Source of the DNA: Camelus ferus
Taxonomy: Eukaryota
DNA length: 64,000 nucleotides
Assembly (NCBI RefSeq): GCF_009834535.1
Contig: NC_045697.1
Coordinates: 10,232,001 to 10,296,000 of the forward strand
Direction of reading: 5' to 3'
This document shows positions 40,690-55,502 of the stretch, piece by piece (within the stretch, counting starts at the first letter, position 1; the number at the start of each line of letters is the position of its first letter). The notes beneath the pieces are model-generated. The model saw only the letters and a program-made list of their open reading frames with translations. It did not search any database and had not been told where the DNA came from. The position numbers and the translations under genes were made by a program.

Positions 40690-43200
40690 ATGACTGAAAT
40701 AGAAATAAGGTGAGGAGGAAACCAGAGACAGGGAACAAGAAAGCAAGACTCTACAAGGGTGAGGGCTTGGAATAGTGTTCGCTCTGAGGTCATCCTGTAA
40801 TTCCTGATGCCCAGAGCTCAGTTTCAATGGGCCACAGGCTGCTAGAGACAGGAAACAGAGTGTGGCGCTAGAGTAGGCTGCAAGGCTGAATTAGAGACTC
40901 AGCTACAGAGCTGGGACTCCCGAAGGGCAAAATCATTGGGAGGTAAACTAGGAAATACCCTGCCCTGTAGAAAGAAACCTCCTGTGCTCAATCTTGTCTC
41001 TGGATGGAAGAGAAAAAAGGAAAAGTCTCTCCTGAGAATTCCTAATCACTGGGCTGTATTTATTCACATTTGGGACTGAAATTTACACTACCGCTATGAC
41101 CCCCAAAAACTTCAACAAAAAATTAAAGTAGTCCATATTGGTAATGGCCCTGAGTTTTTGTCAGAAGCAAAAACAAATCCTTCTAGAAGAACATCCTTTA
41201 AATTCAGCCTCAGAAAGTTTCCACAGAAAGATTTCCAAGAAACACGAACATATAAAAGATCATCAGTGAAGAAATAAGTCACTATGAAAGAAGGTAGGAA
41301 TTAGCAGAAACAACCAACTGCAGAATCAGGCTGCAAAGCCTGCACTTATTAGAATGATCAGATTCAGAATATAAAATAGGTATGTTTAATAAATTTAAGA
41401 AGTCTAGGGAATTGAAAATAGAACAAAAGAACAACAGACTATTAGAACTGACAAGCAGAGTGTTAAAAGTACTACATGGAACTTGTAGAAATAAAAGAAT
41501 AAGTTAAAATGAGAAACTGAACAGTTTAAACATGACAGCAAAGAAAATTAAATACAGAGTTAAATTACATACAGTTAAATAGAGAATTAGTGAACTGTAA
41601 TACACACGCCAAGAAATTACTTGGAGTATAGCACAGAGAAAGAAAAAAATGGAAGATATAAAGGAGTGGTTAACAGACATGGATGAGAAGGGGAAGGACC
41701 GAATTGTGTATAAAAGGAGAAAAGCAATATTCAAAGAGACAGAGCTGAGAACGTTCAAGGTCTGACGAAAGACAACAGTTCTCTGATTCAAAAAGCCCAA
41801 TGAATCCTACAGAAGATAAGTAAAATGAAATTAAATCTTAGGCATACCATAGGGAACTACAAAAACAAAGATGATGTTAAAAGCAGCTAGGGAGAAAATG
41901 CAGATTGTCTACAAAAGAACAATAATTAGGCCAGTGGATTTTTTAGCTACACAAGTGAAAGCCAGAAAAGGAATAACATCTTCAAAAGCCTAAAAGAAAA
42001 TAACCATCAAACTAGTCATTTCTATCCAGTGAAACTATCATTTACACAAACACTGGGAGAACTTGCAACCAAAAGATTCTCCCTTAAGAAGTTTCTAAAA
42101 AATATACTTTAAAGAGAAGGAAGGAGGGAGGGGAATAGCTCAGTGGTAGAGCGCATCCTTAGCATGCACGAGGTTCTGGGTTCAGTCCCCAGTAGCTCCA
42201 TTTAAAAAGAGAGAGAGAGAGAGAAGGAAGGAAGGTTATCAGAAAATCCTAGATGCAGCACAGAATGATAGGCGAAGAGAACGGGAAATTTGTGAGTCAG
42301 TCAGCAAACACTGTAAATCACAGCAATAATAAAAAGATGTGGTTGAAAAATCAGGACAGGACAAAAATCCTGAAGAAATGCATGTATGTCAGGACAGGAT
42401 TGATGAGAGTATTTTAATGCCCCTGTATTTTCCAAGATGAAGGCAAAGATAATTATTAATTTTAGAGTTTAAGTTAAATATTCATATTGAAATTTCTAGA
42501 TTAAGAATTTAAAAGGATTTTTTAAAGTGAGTATAACTTCTAAACTAGAAGATAAAGTAGTGAAATGGGGTAAAGCGAGTGGGGAAGAAAAAAAAAACAT
42601 TGGAAAAGTGTGAAAAATAAAAAATAAAAAGCACAGAATAAGGTAGTAGAAATAGTCTAAAATATTTACCAGTAATCACAATCAACGCAAAGGGATGAAA
42701 CTTTCCAGTTAAAAGACAAAGACTGTAAAACCAGATTTTTAAAACGATCTGTAGTGGAACTTGACAAGCTGATTCTAACATATATATGGCAGAGCAAAGG
42801 GCCAAAAAATAACAAAGACAGTTCTGAAGAAGAAGAAGTCAGTGGGAAGGGCCACCATATCATATATCCAGGTACTTACGAGACCCTGGTAATTAAGGTA
42901 CAGTGGTACTGACACACACATACCAAACAGAAAAATGGAAGAGAATTAAAAAATCCAGACAGATCCACTCAAATGTCACTCCCTCAATCCTGATATATGA
43001 CAAATTGTACTGGGATCACCAATCTTACACATGGAAAAAATAAAAAACAGATGCCTGCTTCACACCATTCAACTGCACATAGATTTTAAAAGACATTCCC
43101 AGAAGTCAGAAACATGAAAGGCCAATAAGCATATGAGAGGATGTTCAACTTCCTTAGCAATTACAGAAATATGAGTTATACCCACAATGATGCACTAACC
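40690..43200 (+). mobile_element. Old degraded L1M (5' UTR/ORF1 plus ORF2 pieces)
   Basis: A-rich with ORF1-like motifs (gaaagccagaaaaggaataacatcttcaaa, tctatccagtgaaactatca) and ORF2-like gaacttgacaagctgattcta. Confidence 0.75.
42125..42219 (+). mobile_element. tRNA-derived SINE (Vic-1-like, short) with (GA)n tail
   Basis: atagctcagtggtagagcgc...gggttcagtcccc; TSD agagaaggaagg at 42113-42124 and 42220-42231. Confidence 0.9.
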
Positions 43201-43547
43201 TTGGTTACTATATACTACTGCCCTCTAGAAGGAACCAGGGCTTCTTGGAGAACTGGCTGCTTTCAGGATTGAGCTAGGGGAAATACAAGATGATCCTGGA
43301 AAGTCCTGTTATGCCAGAAAGTAAGTGGGGGAGAAAAGAAGATGAATGAGGTCATTTCAAAGAGACACAAGAGCCAGTTCCTCCATCTGTAAAAGATGGG
43401 TGGATGCTGACAGTAATCCTCCTCAGGATGTTTAGAGAAGATTAAATGAGATAGTATTAACACAACACTTAGCTGCACTTGTGAGCATTTGTTTCATTTC
43501 ATTCACATAAATGTTTGTGATATATGAAACTTTCTTGCAAGAAATAA

Positions 43548-43760
<213 letters not shown>

Positions 43761-44624
43761 TAATTTTAAACTGCAACACTCATTAGTCATTATAAAAATC
43801 TACATGGCCATCTCTTTAGCAGGATGAGCTAAATTCTGAAGTATTTTTTTTCTTCCTGGTTCAAGTTGCCCAAAGTTCAGAAGTTAAAGAAAAGTATCTG
43901 TGCGCACACACACACACATCCCACTTCAGATATCTTAATGCTATTTTATCCTCCCAATGTTACTTTAACAACATCCCAATTTTATTTATTAAATAATCAA
44001 AATCACAATATATATTACATTTGAAAATTGCATATTCCTTAATTTACAGGCATCTGAAAGCATGTTATTAGTCATTCAGTATGGATTTCTTGGTCACCTA
44101 TCACGTAGTAGACACTGTGCCGAGTTCTGGCTATGAGCAAAATAAACATGGCCTCTGACCTCATGGAACTTACAACCAATGCACGCTACACAAACTTACA
44201 AATGGGTCTTCAGTAGTATGAAACAAACATGTATTATCACTGGTATTCATTCTGCTTCTGAATCTCACATCACACTGTGTTTGCATAAAATTGAACTGTG
44301 TTATACAACTCCCTTTGAAGGATAGCTCTAAATGAAAGAAATTTAAGTATACTTTAAAATTTTTTCTCCAATATATTTTGGCAACATAATGTTGACAATT
44401 TTAAAGATAAAATTTCCATAACCTCAAGATATCCATAAGAAGATATACAAAGAATAGAATAATTAATATGCTCTAGAGTCAGACTATCTTGACCACTTCC
44501 GAGGTGATGCCTTATCTCTCTGTGCCTCCACTTCCTCATCTGTAAAATGGGAAGAGTATCACCCCCAAAGGTTTATTCTAGGATTAAGTGAATTAATGCA
44601 TGCAATGTGCTTAAAGCAGTGTGG

Positions 44625-44935
44625 TGGCAGGGTTGGAGGATATGAACAGGCAGAGCACAGAGGATTTTCAGGTCAATGAAGACACTCTGCATGATGCTGT
44701 AATGACGGAGTTGTCAACACCCACAGAATGTATAACACCGAGAGTGAACCTTACGTATAAACTATGGACTTTGGGTAATTAGACAGTGTGTCCAGGTAGG
44801 TTTATCGGTTGTAATACGTGTACCGCTCTGGTGGGGCATGTTGATAGTGGGAGGCTTTGCCTGTATGGGAGCAAGAAAAATCCGGGAATTCCTTTGCTGT
44901 GAACCTAAAACTGCTCTAAAAAAATCAAGCTTTTA
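44625..44935 (+). mobile_element. L1MC/MB-type 3' UTR fragment within a MIR
   Basis: gcagagcacagaggattttcagg...aactatggactttgggt...gctgtgaacctaaaactgctctaaaa. Confidence 0.8.
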
Positions 44936-45270
44936 AAAAGTGTTTAGCACATAGGGAGCTATCATATATAAATTCAAAATAAAAAAAGTTTAACCTTTGA
45001 AATTTGTCTCCCCCACTCCACCTCGTAACTGATTCTAGAAGCCTGTGTCATCAGTGTCAGAGAAAACATCATGTCCAACTAAAAGTGGTTTTTTTAATTT
45101 TATTGAATTAACAACACAGCACCAAAATTTGGAAAAAATATTTTTAAAATAGGTCTTATGCTTTAAGGCACTAATTTTAACAATAACTTTTTAAAATTCT
45201 GTACAGCCCATGTAGAGTGAAGCAGTCAGTCAGTGCAACATTTTTTTTTTTTCTTTTTTCTTTTTGTCAG

Positions 45271-45384
45271 CAATTTCTTGATCTCCTGGCAGGAGATGAA
45301 GAAGAGCATGCAGTATTGTTATGCAATTATTTCCTGTCCCTGGGGAAGAAGGCCTGGCTGGTGATGGGCAGTGCCATTCCCGAG
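45271..45384 (+). CDS. CC2D2A: CC2D2A coding exon ~33 (114 nt)
   Basis: tgtcag|CAA TTT CTT ... CCC GAG|gtaagg; [38 protein letters not shown]. Confidence 0.96.
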
Positions 45385-45699
45385 GTAAGGCCAGGCAGGA
45401 CGGCTCTAACAGCGTCATTGTCTAACGTGGTTGTGTTATGTTCCAAGTCATGGACAGGAGTTTCTTCATAACAGTCCTTTGAGTTGCAAGGAAAGTGGTC
45501 CAGAAATTCCAGTGGTAAGACACAAAATGGTTTTGAGGGTACTTGGGCCCTACACAATAAATGCTGCAGGGTGTTTTTGGCAAATCTGAGCCCTTTCGCA
45601 CCCATAGACCCTACCTAGCTCTGTCTTTTTAGTATGAGCTCCCTCCAGCCTCTGTTACTAAGAATTCTGATTTCCTTAGTGATCTAAGTGTCATTCATG

Positions 45700-46505
45700 C
45701 CAAGGAGTGAGGTGAGGGAGATTAAAAAGTACAAACTTTTAGTTCTAAAATACGTGAGTCACAGGTATGAAATGTACAGTGTGGGGGATATAGTCAGCAA
45801 TTATGTAACACCTTTGTATGGCGACAGATGACAACTAGGCTGATCATGGTGATCATTCTGAAATGAATAGAAATATCACTATGTTGTATACCCGGAACTA
45901 ACATACTGTTGTCGGTCAATTACACTTCAAAAACAAACAGACAAACACCCACAGAAAAGAGATCGATTTGTGTCTACCAGAGGCAGGGAGTAGCAGGGAA
46001 GGGGAATTAGATAAAGGTAAGCAAAAGGTACAAAGCTCCAGTTATAAGATAAACAAGTAATGTACAACACAATAAAGATAACTAAAAGTGCTCATGGTAG
46101 AATTACTGCTGTTATTCTGAGACATGTATACAGGTAATAAGGGGAAAAGTTAATGAGTAATTATGTAATTTTTTCATTCTATCATTCCATGTTTTTGAGA
46201 ATTTTAATTCTAGGTGTGGAAGAAAGGAGATGATACAGTTACAGTATTAAAGAGGTTGAATAAAAAGCCTAAAAGAAAAAATGAAAACTGCTGTGCATTA
46301 TAAATGAAAGCTATTAAGAGAGTAAATCCTAAGAATTCTCATGATAAGAAAAATTTTTTTGTTTCTTTAATGTTATTTGAGACGATACATGTTCGCTAAA
46401 CCTACTGTGGTAATCATTTCATGAAGTATGGAAGTCAAATCACGTTGTACACCTTAAACTTATACAGTGCTGGATGTCAGTTTTATCTCAATAAAACTGA
46501 AAAAA
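45700..46505 (+). mobile_element. L1MA9-like 3' UTR with a nested insertion at ~46093-46283
   Basis: ggtacaaagctccagttataagataaa...aagagagtaaatcctaagaattctc...ttatctcaataaaactg. Confidence 0.8.
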
Positions 46506-46795
46506 TATATATCCCATTTAATTAATTCTTTTAAAGAATATTGGTTGGAGTAACACACTTCTCCTATCCCTGTGGGGTCACTTACACTGCACTAGTAGCA
46601 CATGCAAGAATTTTGCAAAAATAAACTTGATTTTATTTTTCAGTCCAGCACAATCTAGAACTTCAAACTAATTTTCACCATTAGCCATGGGGTTTAGAAA
46701 ACAGGGCCCAACTAAAGTTATGATTATCTGTGAACTACTCTCGACCCGAATTGCATAATTAATCAGAAACTGTTTTAATGGCTATTTTCCTTCAG

Positions 46796-46930
46796 GGCCC
46801 AACTGCCTATGTGCTAACTCGGGAGCAAAGTCACTATTTAATATGGAATCCCTGCAGCGGACATTTTTATGGACAATTTGATACATTCTGTCCCTTAAAA
46901 AGTGTGGGCTGTTTAATAGGTCCTGATAAT
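46796..46930 (+). CDS. CC2D2A: CC2D2A coding exon ~34 (135 nt)
   Basis: ttcag|GGC CCA ACT ... GAT AAT|gtaagt; [45 protein letters not shown]. Confidence 0.96.
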
Positions 46931-49900
46931 GTAAGTAGTACCATTTCCTCTTAAATACAGTCGGTTGACTATTGCTTTTTTTTTTTTTGACCTACTGACT
47001 TTAATAACATGTTACATATCAAAAATTTTATATAAACATCTACATATACCATTTAAAGAAATGTAGCGTCAAGCACAGTGGCAGAACGGTCCTAAATAAC
47101 AATTTTTGGTTGAATTAGTCACCCAATCGGCAAGATGCAGAATGAGGCTAAAGAAGAATGTAGGATTTAGATTCAGAGGACCTGAGATTGTATCCTGGCT
47201 CTGCCCCGTCTTCCTTTCCAAAATACGTATTTACAATGCCTAATTCGTAGTGCTGGAGAACTAAATAAGGCACATTTATCACCTGAAAAGACTTTTCTTC
47301 CTTTCTTCTTTTTCCTTTTTTCTTAAGAGATTCCCATGTACCATCAGATGATCCAGTTGCACCCGGTTTCGCGGGGGAGGCGCATTTAATTACGAAGGGT
47401 CCTGTAGAAAGCACTGTTCAAAAACACGAGTTATGGGATCAGACTGCCTGAATTTAAACGCCAGCTTCATCATTTACTAGCTGTGTGATCTTAGGAAAGT
47501 TTCTTAATCTTATACAGCCTCAGTTTCTTCATTGGTAAAATGAAGGTATTTCCTAGTCATTTCTTCGTAGAGTAGTTGTGAGAAGTAAATGAGATAATCA
47601 ATGCAAAGCAGCTAACACACAGTAGCAACTGTGTTGGCTAACGTGACTGTTTTTTAAATCACTGTCTAACCGTAGTGATCTCTGTCAGAAAAATCATTTA
47701 AGCATGCATCCCCAATATATGTTTTTTTCATTTATAAGTTATATATGTGTCGTTATATTATTTATATTATACACAGAAGAAACTCTTGAAGTAAAAATAA
47801 ATAATTAGAAGATCTAATATTCTCTTCTCACATCCCTGTGATGTGCCCCCTGCTTTGCAGACCACCAGTCTGCTCTTCAGGATTACTGCCAAAATTAGAA
47901 ATACATGGCAAGCATCCGGCGAAGTACTTGTCTTTCATAGGTATTCGGCAAATGATAATTGTTATTAATTACAATGTGAAAAGAGCATTGTAGAGCGCCA
48001 TCTGCATGTTAATTATTATTTTTAATTAAAAGCTCCATCTACATGTGGAGAACCATTCTAAGGTCATATTAGCAATCAGGCAGAGTCAACAGGTATTGAA
48101 AAAGCCTTCAAAGAACTCCACTTTCCGTCAAAATTATCATTAGTTCTCAAAACAATTACTGTATGATTGACTAATTTCCATAAAGCTCAAGTCTTGTGAG
48201 GAAGACAGACCCCCTTTTCTCCTCTTCTGACCAGACAGGCTCATGATGCCAGCCATCCCTCACGGCAGCTGTTCTGAACCTGCTCTAAGCCCCGGCCATG
48301 CGCAGGAGAGGACGGTCAGGCTCGCTTTGTTGGCCTGGCACTCTAGGGACCTCAACTGCCCTCTGCTCCACCGCACCACCTCTTTGGACTGTCAGTCTTT
48401 CTCTTCCTTCACTCCTTTGCCAAGACGGAAGCCTCCTTCTCCACCCATGTGTGTGTTTCCATTACTACTCCAACATTTGGCTCCGCTAATTGTTCCAACT
48501 TGGCTCTATATGTTTTCTCGCTCCTTCTCAACCTCTAGATGGGCTCAGAAGTCCAACAATTCTAAGCTGTGTTCTCCCCACCTGGCTACACCCCAAACTA
48601 CCATTGCCCCTCTCTTTCCAAAATTCTTTAAATACTAATTATATCCTCTGGCTTCCACTTTCTCAGTAAACTCAGACTTGAACCCCCTATAATCTAGCTC
48701 CTCTTCCCGACCATTTTACAGAAATAAACTCTGAGAAGTACCATTGTCTTACTAATGGATAGATAAATAAATCCAATGGTATACTCGCATCCTCACTCTC
48801 CTCTCCCTTTTATGGCTCATGACACAACACCTTCCCGTCTTTGGTTTACTGATAAAGGACTGTTTTCATTTCTCTGCAATAGCTTCTTAGGTTTCTTTCA
48901 CTGGCTCTTCTTCCCACACCTTAAAAGTAGATTTTCTGAAAATTCTCTATTTAGATTTCTTGCAGGACCATACCTATTATTATTCATCATAGCTCTAACT
49001 AGTTTATCCTGGCAAGGAAGTCATCATTCTGACCAGAATCTTTGGGTCCTCAACTTTCAGCTGTTTGCTGGACACCCAGGTGCTTTGTCAAAGTCTCAAA
49101 TTCAGGATGTCCATAACTCAAATTACTTCTCCTTTGTTTCTTAAAACAGCTCCTCCTCCAGGCCTTCCTATTTCTATGGATGTCAATTACCCGGATTCAA
49201 ACCCCAGAACTGTCCTTGATTCCCCCCCCCCCTTACTTCTTTCTAATTCAATCCTATTAATAGATACCAAGTCACATAGATTCTACCTCTTCTGTTTTCC
49301 AGTCATGCCATTATCGTCTCATCCTGCATTACTGTAGTCAACTTAATCATCTGTCTTCAGTTCAGTCCATTATTTGGTACACTGACACCTGATGTTTCCG
49401 AATGTTCAGCTTTCATCATTTGATGGCTCAAAAAGTATTGACAGTACCTCACTGTATACAGATTTTAGAATAAACTTCTCACCTTTTATTTGAAAGCCTT
49501 TATGTAACCTGACTTCAGCTCTTTCCTCAGTGTTATTTCTCACTGCTTTTCTAACACATTCCCTACCCTATAGCCAAAGTGTAGTTCTGAAAGATTTTGT
49601 CTTCTTAAAACAATTGCTTGATTTGGATTCCAAGGATCAAGGCCTCCTACCTCCTTGGCTGCCACTTTTCTGTGACCTTTGCTGCTTTTTGTTATTTCTC
49701 CAAATTTGAAAAACCAGGGATCCTCAAAGTTCATCAAACCCCTTTTCTATCTATACTTCCCCCTAGGAACACACACAAGCTGATGACCCCCAAATCTGTA
49801 TCTCTATCTCACCTAGCTCCCAGAACTTCAGACTCAAATGTCCAACTACCTACTCAACACTTTCATGTACCTAACATGCCCAAATTAAACTCCCAGTTTC

Positions 49901-50086
49901 CTTTTGCAGTCTTTCTGATCTCAATAAATGGCAACTCCATCAATCCAGTTACTTAGGTCAAAATACTTGGAAACATGTTTGATTCCTTTCTTTCTCTGAC
50001 ATCCAATCCATCAGCCAATTCTACTGGCTCTGCCTTCAACTGCTACCATTTTTGTCCATACCACTGTAGCTTTCACCTGGATTATT

Positions 50087-51237
50087 ATTTATTTTTTAAA
50101 TTTTTATACAATTTTAAAGGTCACATTCCATATAGTTATTATAAAATACTGGCTATATTACCCATGTTGTACAGTACACCCCTGTAGCTTATCTTAGACC
50201 CAGTAGTGTGTACCTCCCACCACTGGTAACCACTAGTTTGTTCTCTGTATCTGAGTGTGGTTTTTTTTGTTACCGTTACTAGTTTGTTTTATTTTTTAGA
50301 GTCCACATATAAGTGATATCATACTGTATCTTGTCTTTCTGTTTGCCTTATTTCACTTGGCATAATGCCCTCCAAGTCCATCTATGTTGCTGCAAAGGGC
50401 AATATTTTGTTCTTTTTTATGACTGAATAGTATTCCGTTGTATACATATACCACATCTTGATACATTTGTTGATGGATGGTTAGGTTGCTTCCGTATCTT
50501 GGCAACTGTAAATAATGCTGCTATGAACTCTGGGGTATATCCATCCTTCCGGATTAGTGTTTTTGTTTTTTTCAGATATATACACAGAAGTGCAACTACT
50601 GGGTCATATGGTAGTTCTAATTTTAGGTTTTTGAGAAACCTTCACATTGTTTTCCAAAGTGGCTGCACCAATTTTCATTCCCACCAACAGTATAAGAGGG
50701 TTCCCTTTCCTCTATATCTTCACCAACATTTGTGTTCTTATTTGATGACAGCATTCTGACAGGTGTGAGGTAATAGCTCACTGTGATTTAAATTTGCATT
50801 TCCCTGATGATTAGCAATGCCGAGCACCTTTTCATGTGCCTTTTCGCCATCTACATTTCCTCTTTGGAAAAATGTCTATGTAGTTCTTCAGCCCATTTTT
50901 CAACCTGGTTGCTTATTTTTTTGATGTTGAGTTGTGTGAGCTTTTTATACATGTCAAATACTAACCCCTTATCAGTCATATCATTTACAAATCTCCCATT
51001 CAGCAGGTTCTCTTTTTATCTTGTTGATGGTTTCCTTTGCTGTGCAAAAGCTTTTAAGTTTAATTAGGTTTCATTTGTTAATTTTTGTTTTTATTTCCTT
51101 TACTTTAGGAGACAGATCCAAAAAAATATTGCTGCAATTTATGTCAAAGAGTGTTCTTTATTTTCCTCTAGGAGTTTTAAAGTATCTGGTCTTACATTTA
51201 GGTCTTTAATCCATTTTGAGTTTATTTTTGTATATTC
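50087..51237 (-). mobile_element. 5'-truncated LINE-1 (ORF2 end plus 3' UTR)
   Basis: Reverse L1 ORF2 sequence; TSD tca(c/t)ctgga(t/c)tatt at 50073-50086 and 51238-51251. Confidence 0.92.
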
Positions 51238-51717
51238 TCATCTGGACTATTCAAAATAGCCCAACAGGAGACTTACCTACTTGAATCTACCCTCTTCTGT
51301 TTAATCTCAAAAGAACAAAGAATATTCCTGTTAAAATAGAAGGTAAATTATGTCACTCCTCTGCTTAAAATACTCCAGTGGCTTCTTAGTCACTTACGAG
51401 TCAAAGCTTAAATCTTTAAAGTGGCTCACAAGGCCTTCTATGATCTGACAACTGCCCTGCCCCCACATCTTCTGCTGATCTCTTTCTTGCTCTAATTTGC
51501 TCACTCCTCTGAAGTCACTGTCTTCTTCTTGTTCCTCAAACACATCAAGCACTTTGCATCTGCTAGTTCCTCTGCATAGATGACCCTTCCCCTTATCAGA
51601 TATCTTCATTAATTTGTCACTTACTTCTTATATCTATGATCAAAAGCTATCTTTCCAGTGAAAACTTCTCTGCTTACCCTAAAATTTCACCTCTTCCTGC
51701 AGTTTTCTCCACAGAGT

Positions 51718-52083
51718 TTGTAAGCTTAGCTATTGCCACAATAAAATAGTAAAACCCCGTCTTCAAACTAGATGGCTTCAGACAATTACTCTTATGCAAC
51801 TGTGGGTCAGCAGGGATGGTTCTGGGCAGGGACAGCTCTGCTTCATGCGTTTTTATTCTGGGACTTGCGGCGATGGCAGAGGCACAAGAGGGCAAGCAGG
51901 AACACACAGAGCTTCTTAAGCTTGGACACAGAAGTTACACACTGACCTTTCTATCCCATTCTCCTGACCAAGAGGCAAGGAAATACTTCTACCCTTTTAG
52001 TGGTAGGAACTGCCAAGTAACAGGGCCAAGGATGTGCGTATAGAATGAGTGGAGAATCGGGGCCAATAGTTCAGTCTACTACA
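51718..52083 (-). mobile_element. Old MaLR LTR (MLT1H/J-like)
   Basis: tgtaagcttagctattgccacaataa...ggggccaatagttcagtctactaca. Confidence 0.6.
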
Positions 52084-53087
52084 TCATGTATCATCTGATA
52101 TTCCATGGGTTTACTTGTTTGTTTGCACTGTCTTCTCATTAGCTACTGCATGTTGGTAGAAACTCTGTTTCATTCACAACTTTATCCCCAGTGATTAGAA
52201 CAGAGCCTAAATATAATAGGTACTTGCTGATTATGTTGAATGAACAAATTTACCACTCATGCACGCAGTCACTCATATGCCTACCATATGCCGACTGGGA
52301 ACTATGCTAGATGCTAAAGATACAACAGTGAATAAAGCACATGGCAAATGTCCTCAAGGCAACATTTAATAGTCTAGTGAGATAGATAATTATAAACAAT
52401 GATAAATACTAATAATAGTAATAAGATAGCTAACACTTTTTGAGTACTTACTATGTACCAGGCATTGTTGTAAGAGGTACAGTTGAAATAAGGACTCATT
52501 TAATCTGCTCAGTAACTTTATGAGGTAAGGACCATTATCCTACTTGTGTAGAGGAGGAAGCTGAGGCACACAGTAGTTAATTGTCTAAAGTCACATATGT
52601 AGTAAATGTTGGAGCCAGAATGCAAATGCAAGTGGTCTGGTTCCAGAATCAGTATGCTACAGTGCCTCAACAAGACAGCCACTCACATACCAGAGGTTAC
52701 AGAGTGCTATGGAAGCAGAGAGATGGAGACTTAACACTAGTGAGGAGGCTGGGAAGAGCAGGGTTAGGAGAGAATAGCCCAAGAAAGGAGTAGCCTTGTC
52801 TGTCTTCTAAAAAATTCTAGGTTATCACCAGGAACTACCTTATTTCATCAACATACAATCAACAGTAAGGTGTACCTCAACTGCAGATATAAAAAAAATC
52901 TGGAAAAATGGCTCATGACAACTATATGATGCCACTGATTGTAAAATTCTCATCAGTTTTACAGATAAAAATATGACAGTGTGCAAGCTACATGTTCTCT
53001 TGCTGTCTCCATACATACCTGCACACACATGCATATATACGTAGACGTCTGCTACCATATATGCTGATGTAGTCTTGTCTTTTTTAG

Positions 53088-53231
<144 letters not shown>

Positions 53232-54448
53232 TAACAAATGTAGACAAAGAAAGTGGGGAATTTGACATCATTATACTGGGGGGCCAGATATTTTCTGAGC
53301 CTTAATTCTACTCCTAGATATTTAGTCTAGAATAATATTTGATTTTCAAAATTAGTTAAGCCCAACTCACAATAAGAAATAGACCATCATATCATGAACC
53401 AGGATATACATACATGAAAGAAGAAGTTCTGATATAGAATCCCATGACTTTAAAAAATACCACAAAACATATTCCATGTAATTTTTTAAATGCTGGTCTC
53501 AATTCACTAAATTAATTTCATCACTGCCACTGAAACATGAAATCAAACTGTACAGCGTGACCCAGGAGGGGCTCATAACATTAATTCAGAGAGACCTGGA
53601 CAGCAGTAGATTATGTAAAGCATGCGATTAAAACTTTAAACTTGCTAGCTAGGTATATACATATGTCTTTCTGTGTGTCTAATAGAAAATGCATTTTTTA
53701 CTGTGGATCAAACCTTTCCCAAAAAAGCTTCAAAAAAAATCACCATAGATAAGTTCTCCTACGTATACAAGGTAACATAAGAGTTTTCACAGGAACATTG
53801 TCTGTAGAAACCTAGGAAACAGAATGACAGAAGGAAAAAGGGATATGATGGATTTTATAGTAGTTACACAAATATGTCAATATCAATGAATCTTAGTAAA
53901 TACTTGAAAATAGCATTTGCTATTATCTCTAAATACAACGTTAAGGAGAAAAAGCAAGTTGCATAGTCACAGTATAAAATTATTACATAAAGTTTAGAAA
54001 ACATGCAAAACCATACAATATATTGTTTAGGAAAACATACATTTGTAGTTAAATCATAAACACATTTCACTAATTTGCTTATCTCCACTGACTGTAATGT
54101 AAACACCATGAGGGCAGGAATTTTATTCACAGCTGTATCCCCTCACCTGTAAAAGTCCGCGGCACGCAGCAGGTGTTCAATATATGTTGAATGAAAGAGT
54201 GCTAAAAAACAAATTCAGGGCACGGTTACTTCTGTGAGGAGAGAGAAGGGTAGTAAAATGGAGAGAGAACTACAAAGCACTATAAGGTAGGTCATGGATA
54301 CACTGGCAGCTCTTACATTATTCTCTATATCTAACTGAAAGTCTGAGAATTTATAATTTTTTTAAAAAAGATTTAGAAAATGATGTATAGCTATGGAAAT
54401 GAAGTGTAAATGATTTACAGAATTTCTGAACTATTTTTTCTTTTGTAG

Positions 54449-54507
54449 CCAGAAGAGCTAATTTACCAGCGCACAGACAAAGTGGCCGCCGCCGAACTAC
54501 AAGACAG
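54449..54507 (+). CDS. CC2D2A: CC2D2A coding exon ~36 (59 nt)
   Basis: tgtag|CCA GAA GAG ... GAC AG|gtcacg; PEELIYQRTDKVAAAELQD. Confidence 0.94.
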
Positions 54508-55324
54508 GTCACGTGATACCCATAAATCCACATGCAACCTGCCACTAGGAGTGTTAATACCAAACCAAACAATTCTCAGCCTGCATCGATGTGAGATAAT
54601 TCGGGCAACTAAATTTCAATTCGTGTTTATAGATACCAAGTACAGATATGATCTCTAAATCCCAAGGCCCAGAAGAAGGCTGTGGTATATAACATGGTGT
54701 GGGACACACAGCCGTGAAGTCCAGCAATGATAGGTAGTTCTCCAAAAGCTTCACCTCGGACCTGAGTTCAACATCATGTTATTTATGGGTCTTGTTCAGA
54801 CAGTGTCATAATCTTCAGCTTAAATATGCTTTTGTCCAATTAGTGGTTAACTGACCTTCAGCTACTTTATAAACCTAACACAGGCAGAAAGCTGTTAAGA
54901 GCCCATTTGAGGCCCAATAAACCTTATAATCTGGTAAAATATAACTTATTTTCCCAGTTTCACAAGCATGGAAACTGAGGCTCAGAGAGGCCCACATACA
55001 TGTTAAGTGTTAGAGGGCGCTTCTGAGCCCAGCCAGATACAATTTCAAAGCCAGTAGTGCCCTTTCTAATGTCTCAAGCCATGTGAAGAGCAGCATGTCA
55101 AACTGCATAAGGTTAAATCTGACTCTTTTTGAGGTATTATTACTAGAAAACACCAGTTTACTCTCAAATGCAAGTTTTGAAGCCTGATTTGGGCTCCTCA
55201 CAGAGAACAACTAATTCCTGAAAACATCTTCTTTCTTTTAATAGTTTCTAAACATTATTTTTTATTTCTGCTTACAAGGGAAAAGTCAAGTCACCGAGAA
55301 ATGGAGTTTATTTTTTATAAACAG

Positions 55325-55502
55325 GATTGAAAAAATACTGAAAGAAAAAATCATGGACTGGAGGCCACGCCGTCTGACGCGGTGGAACAGATACTGCGCC
55401 TCCACCCTGCGCCACTTCCTGCCTCTGTTAGAAAGGAGTCAAGGAGAAGGCGCGGAAGACGACCACCGGGCAGAGCTGCTCCGGCAGCTGGGAGACTACA
55501 GG
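55325..55502 (+). CDS. CC2D2A: CC2D2A coding exon ~37 (178 nt)
   Basis: aacag|G ATT GAA ... TAC AGG|gttggt; [59 protein letters not shown]. Confidence 0.95.

Larger units (their letters stand above)
48600..52245 (+). mobile_element. Long degraded L2 tract interrupted by L1 and MaLR insertions
   Basis: C/T-rich L2 motifs (tgatgacccccaaatctgtatctc, atgtcactcctctgcttaaaa) and a 3' end ...tgttgaatgaa at ~52240. Confidence 0.65.
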
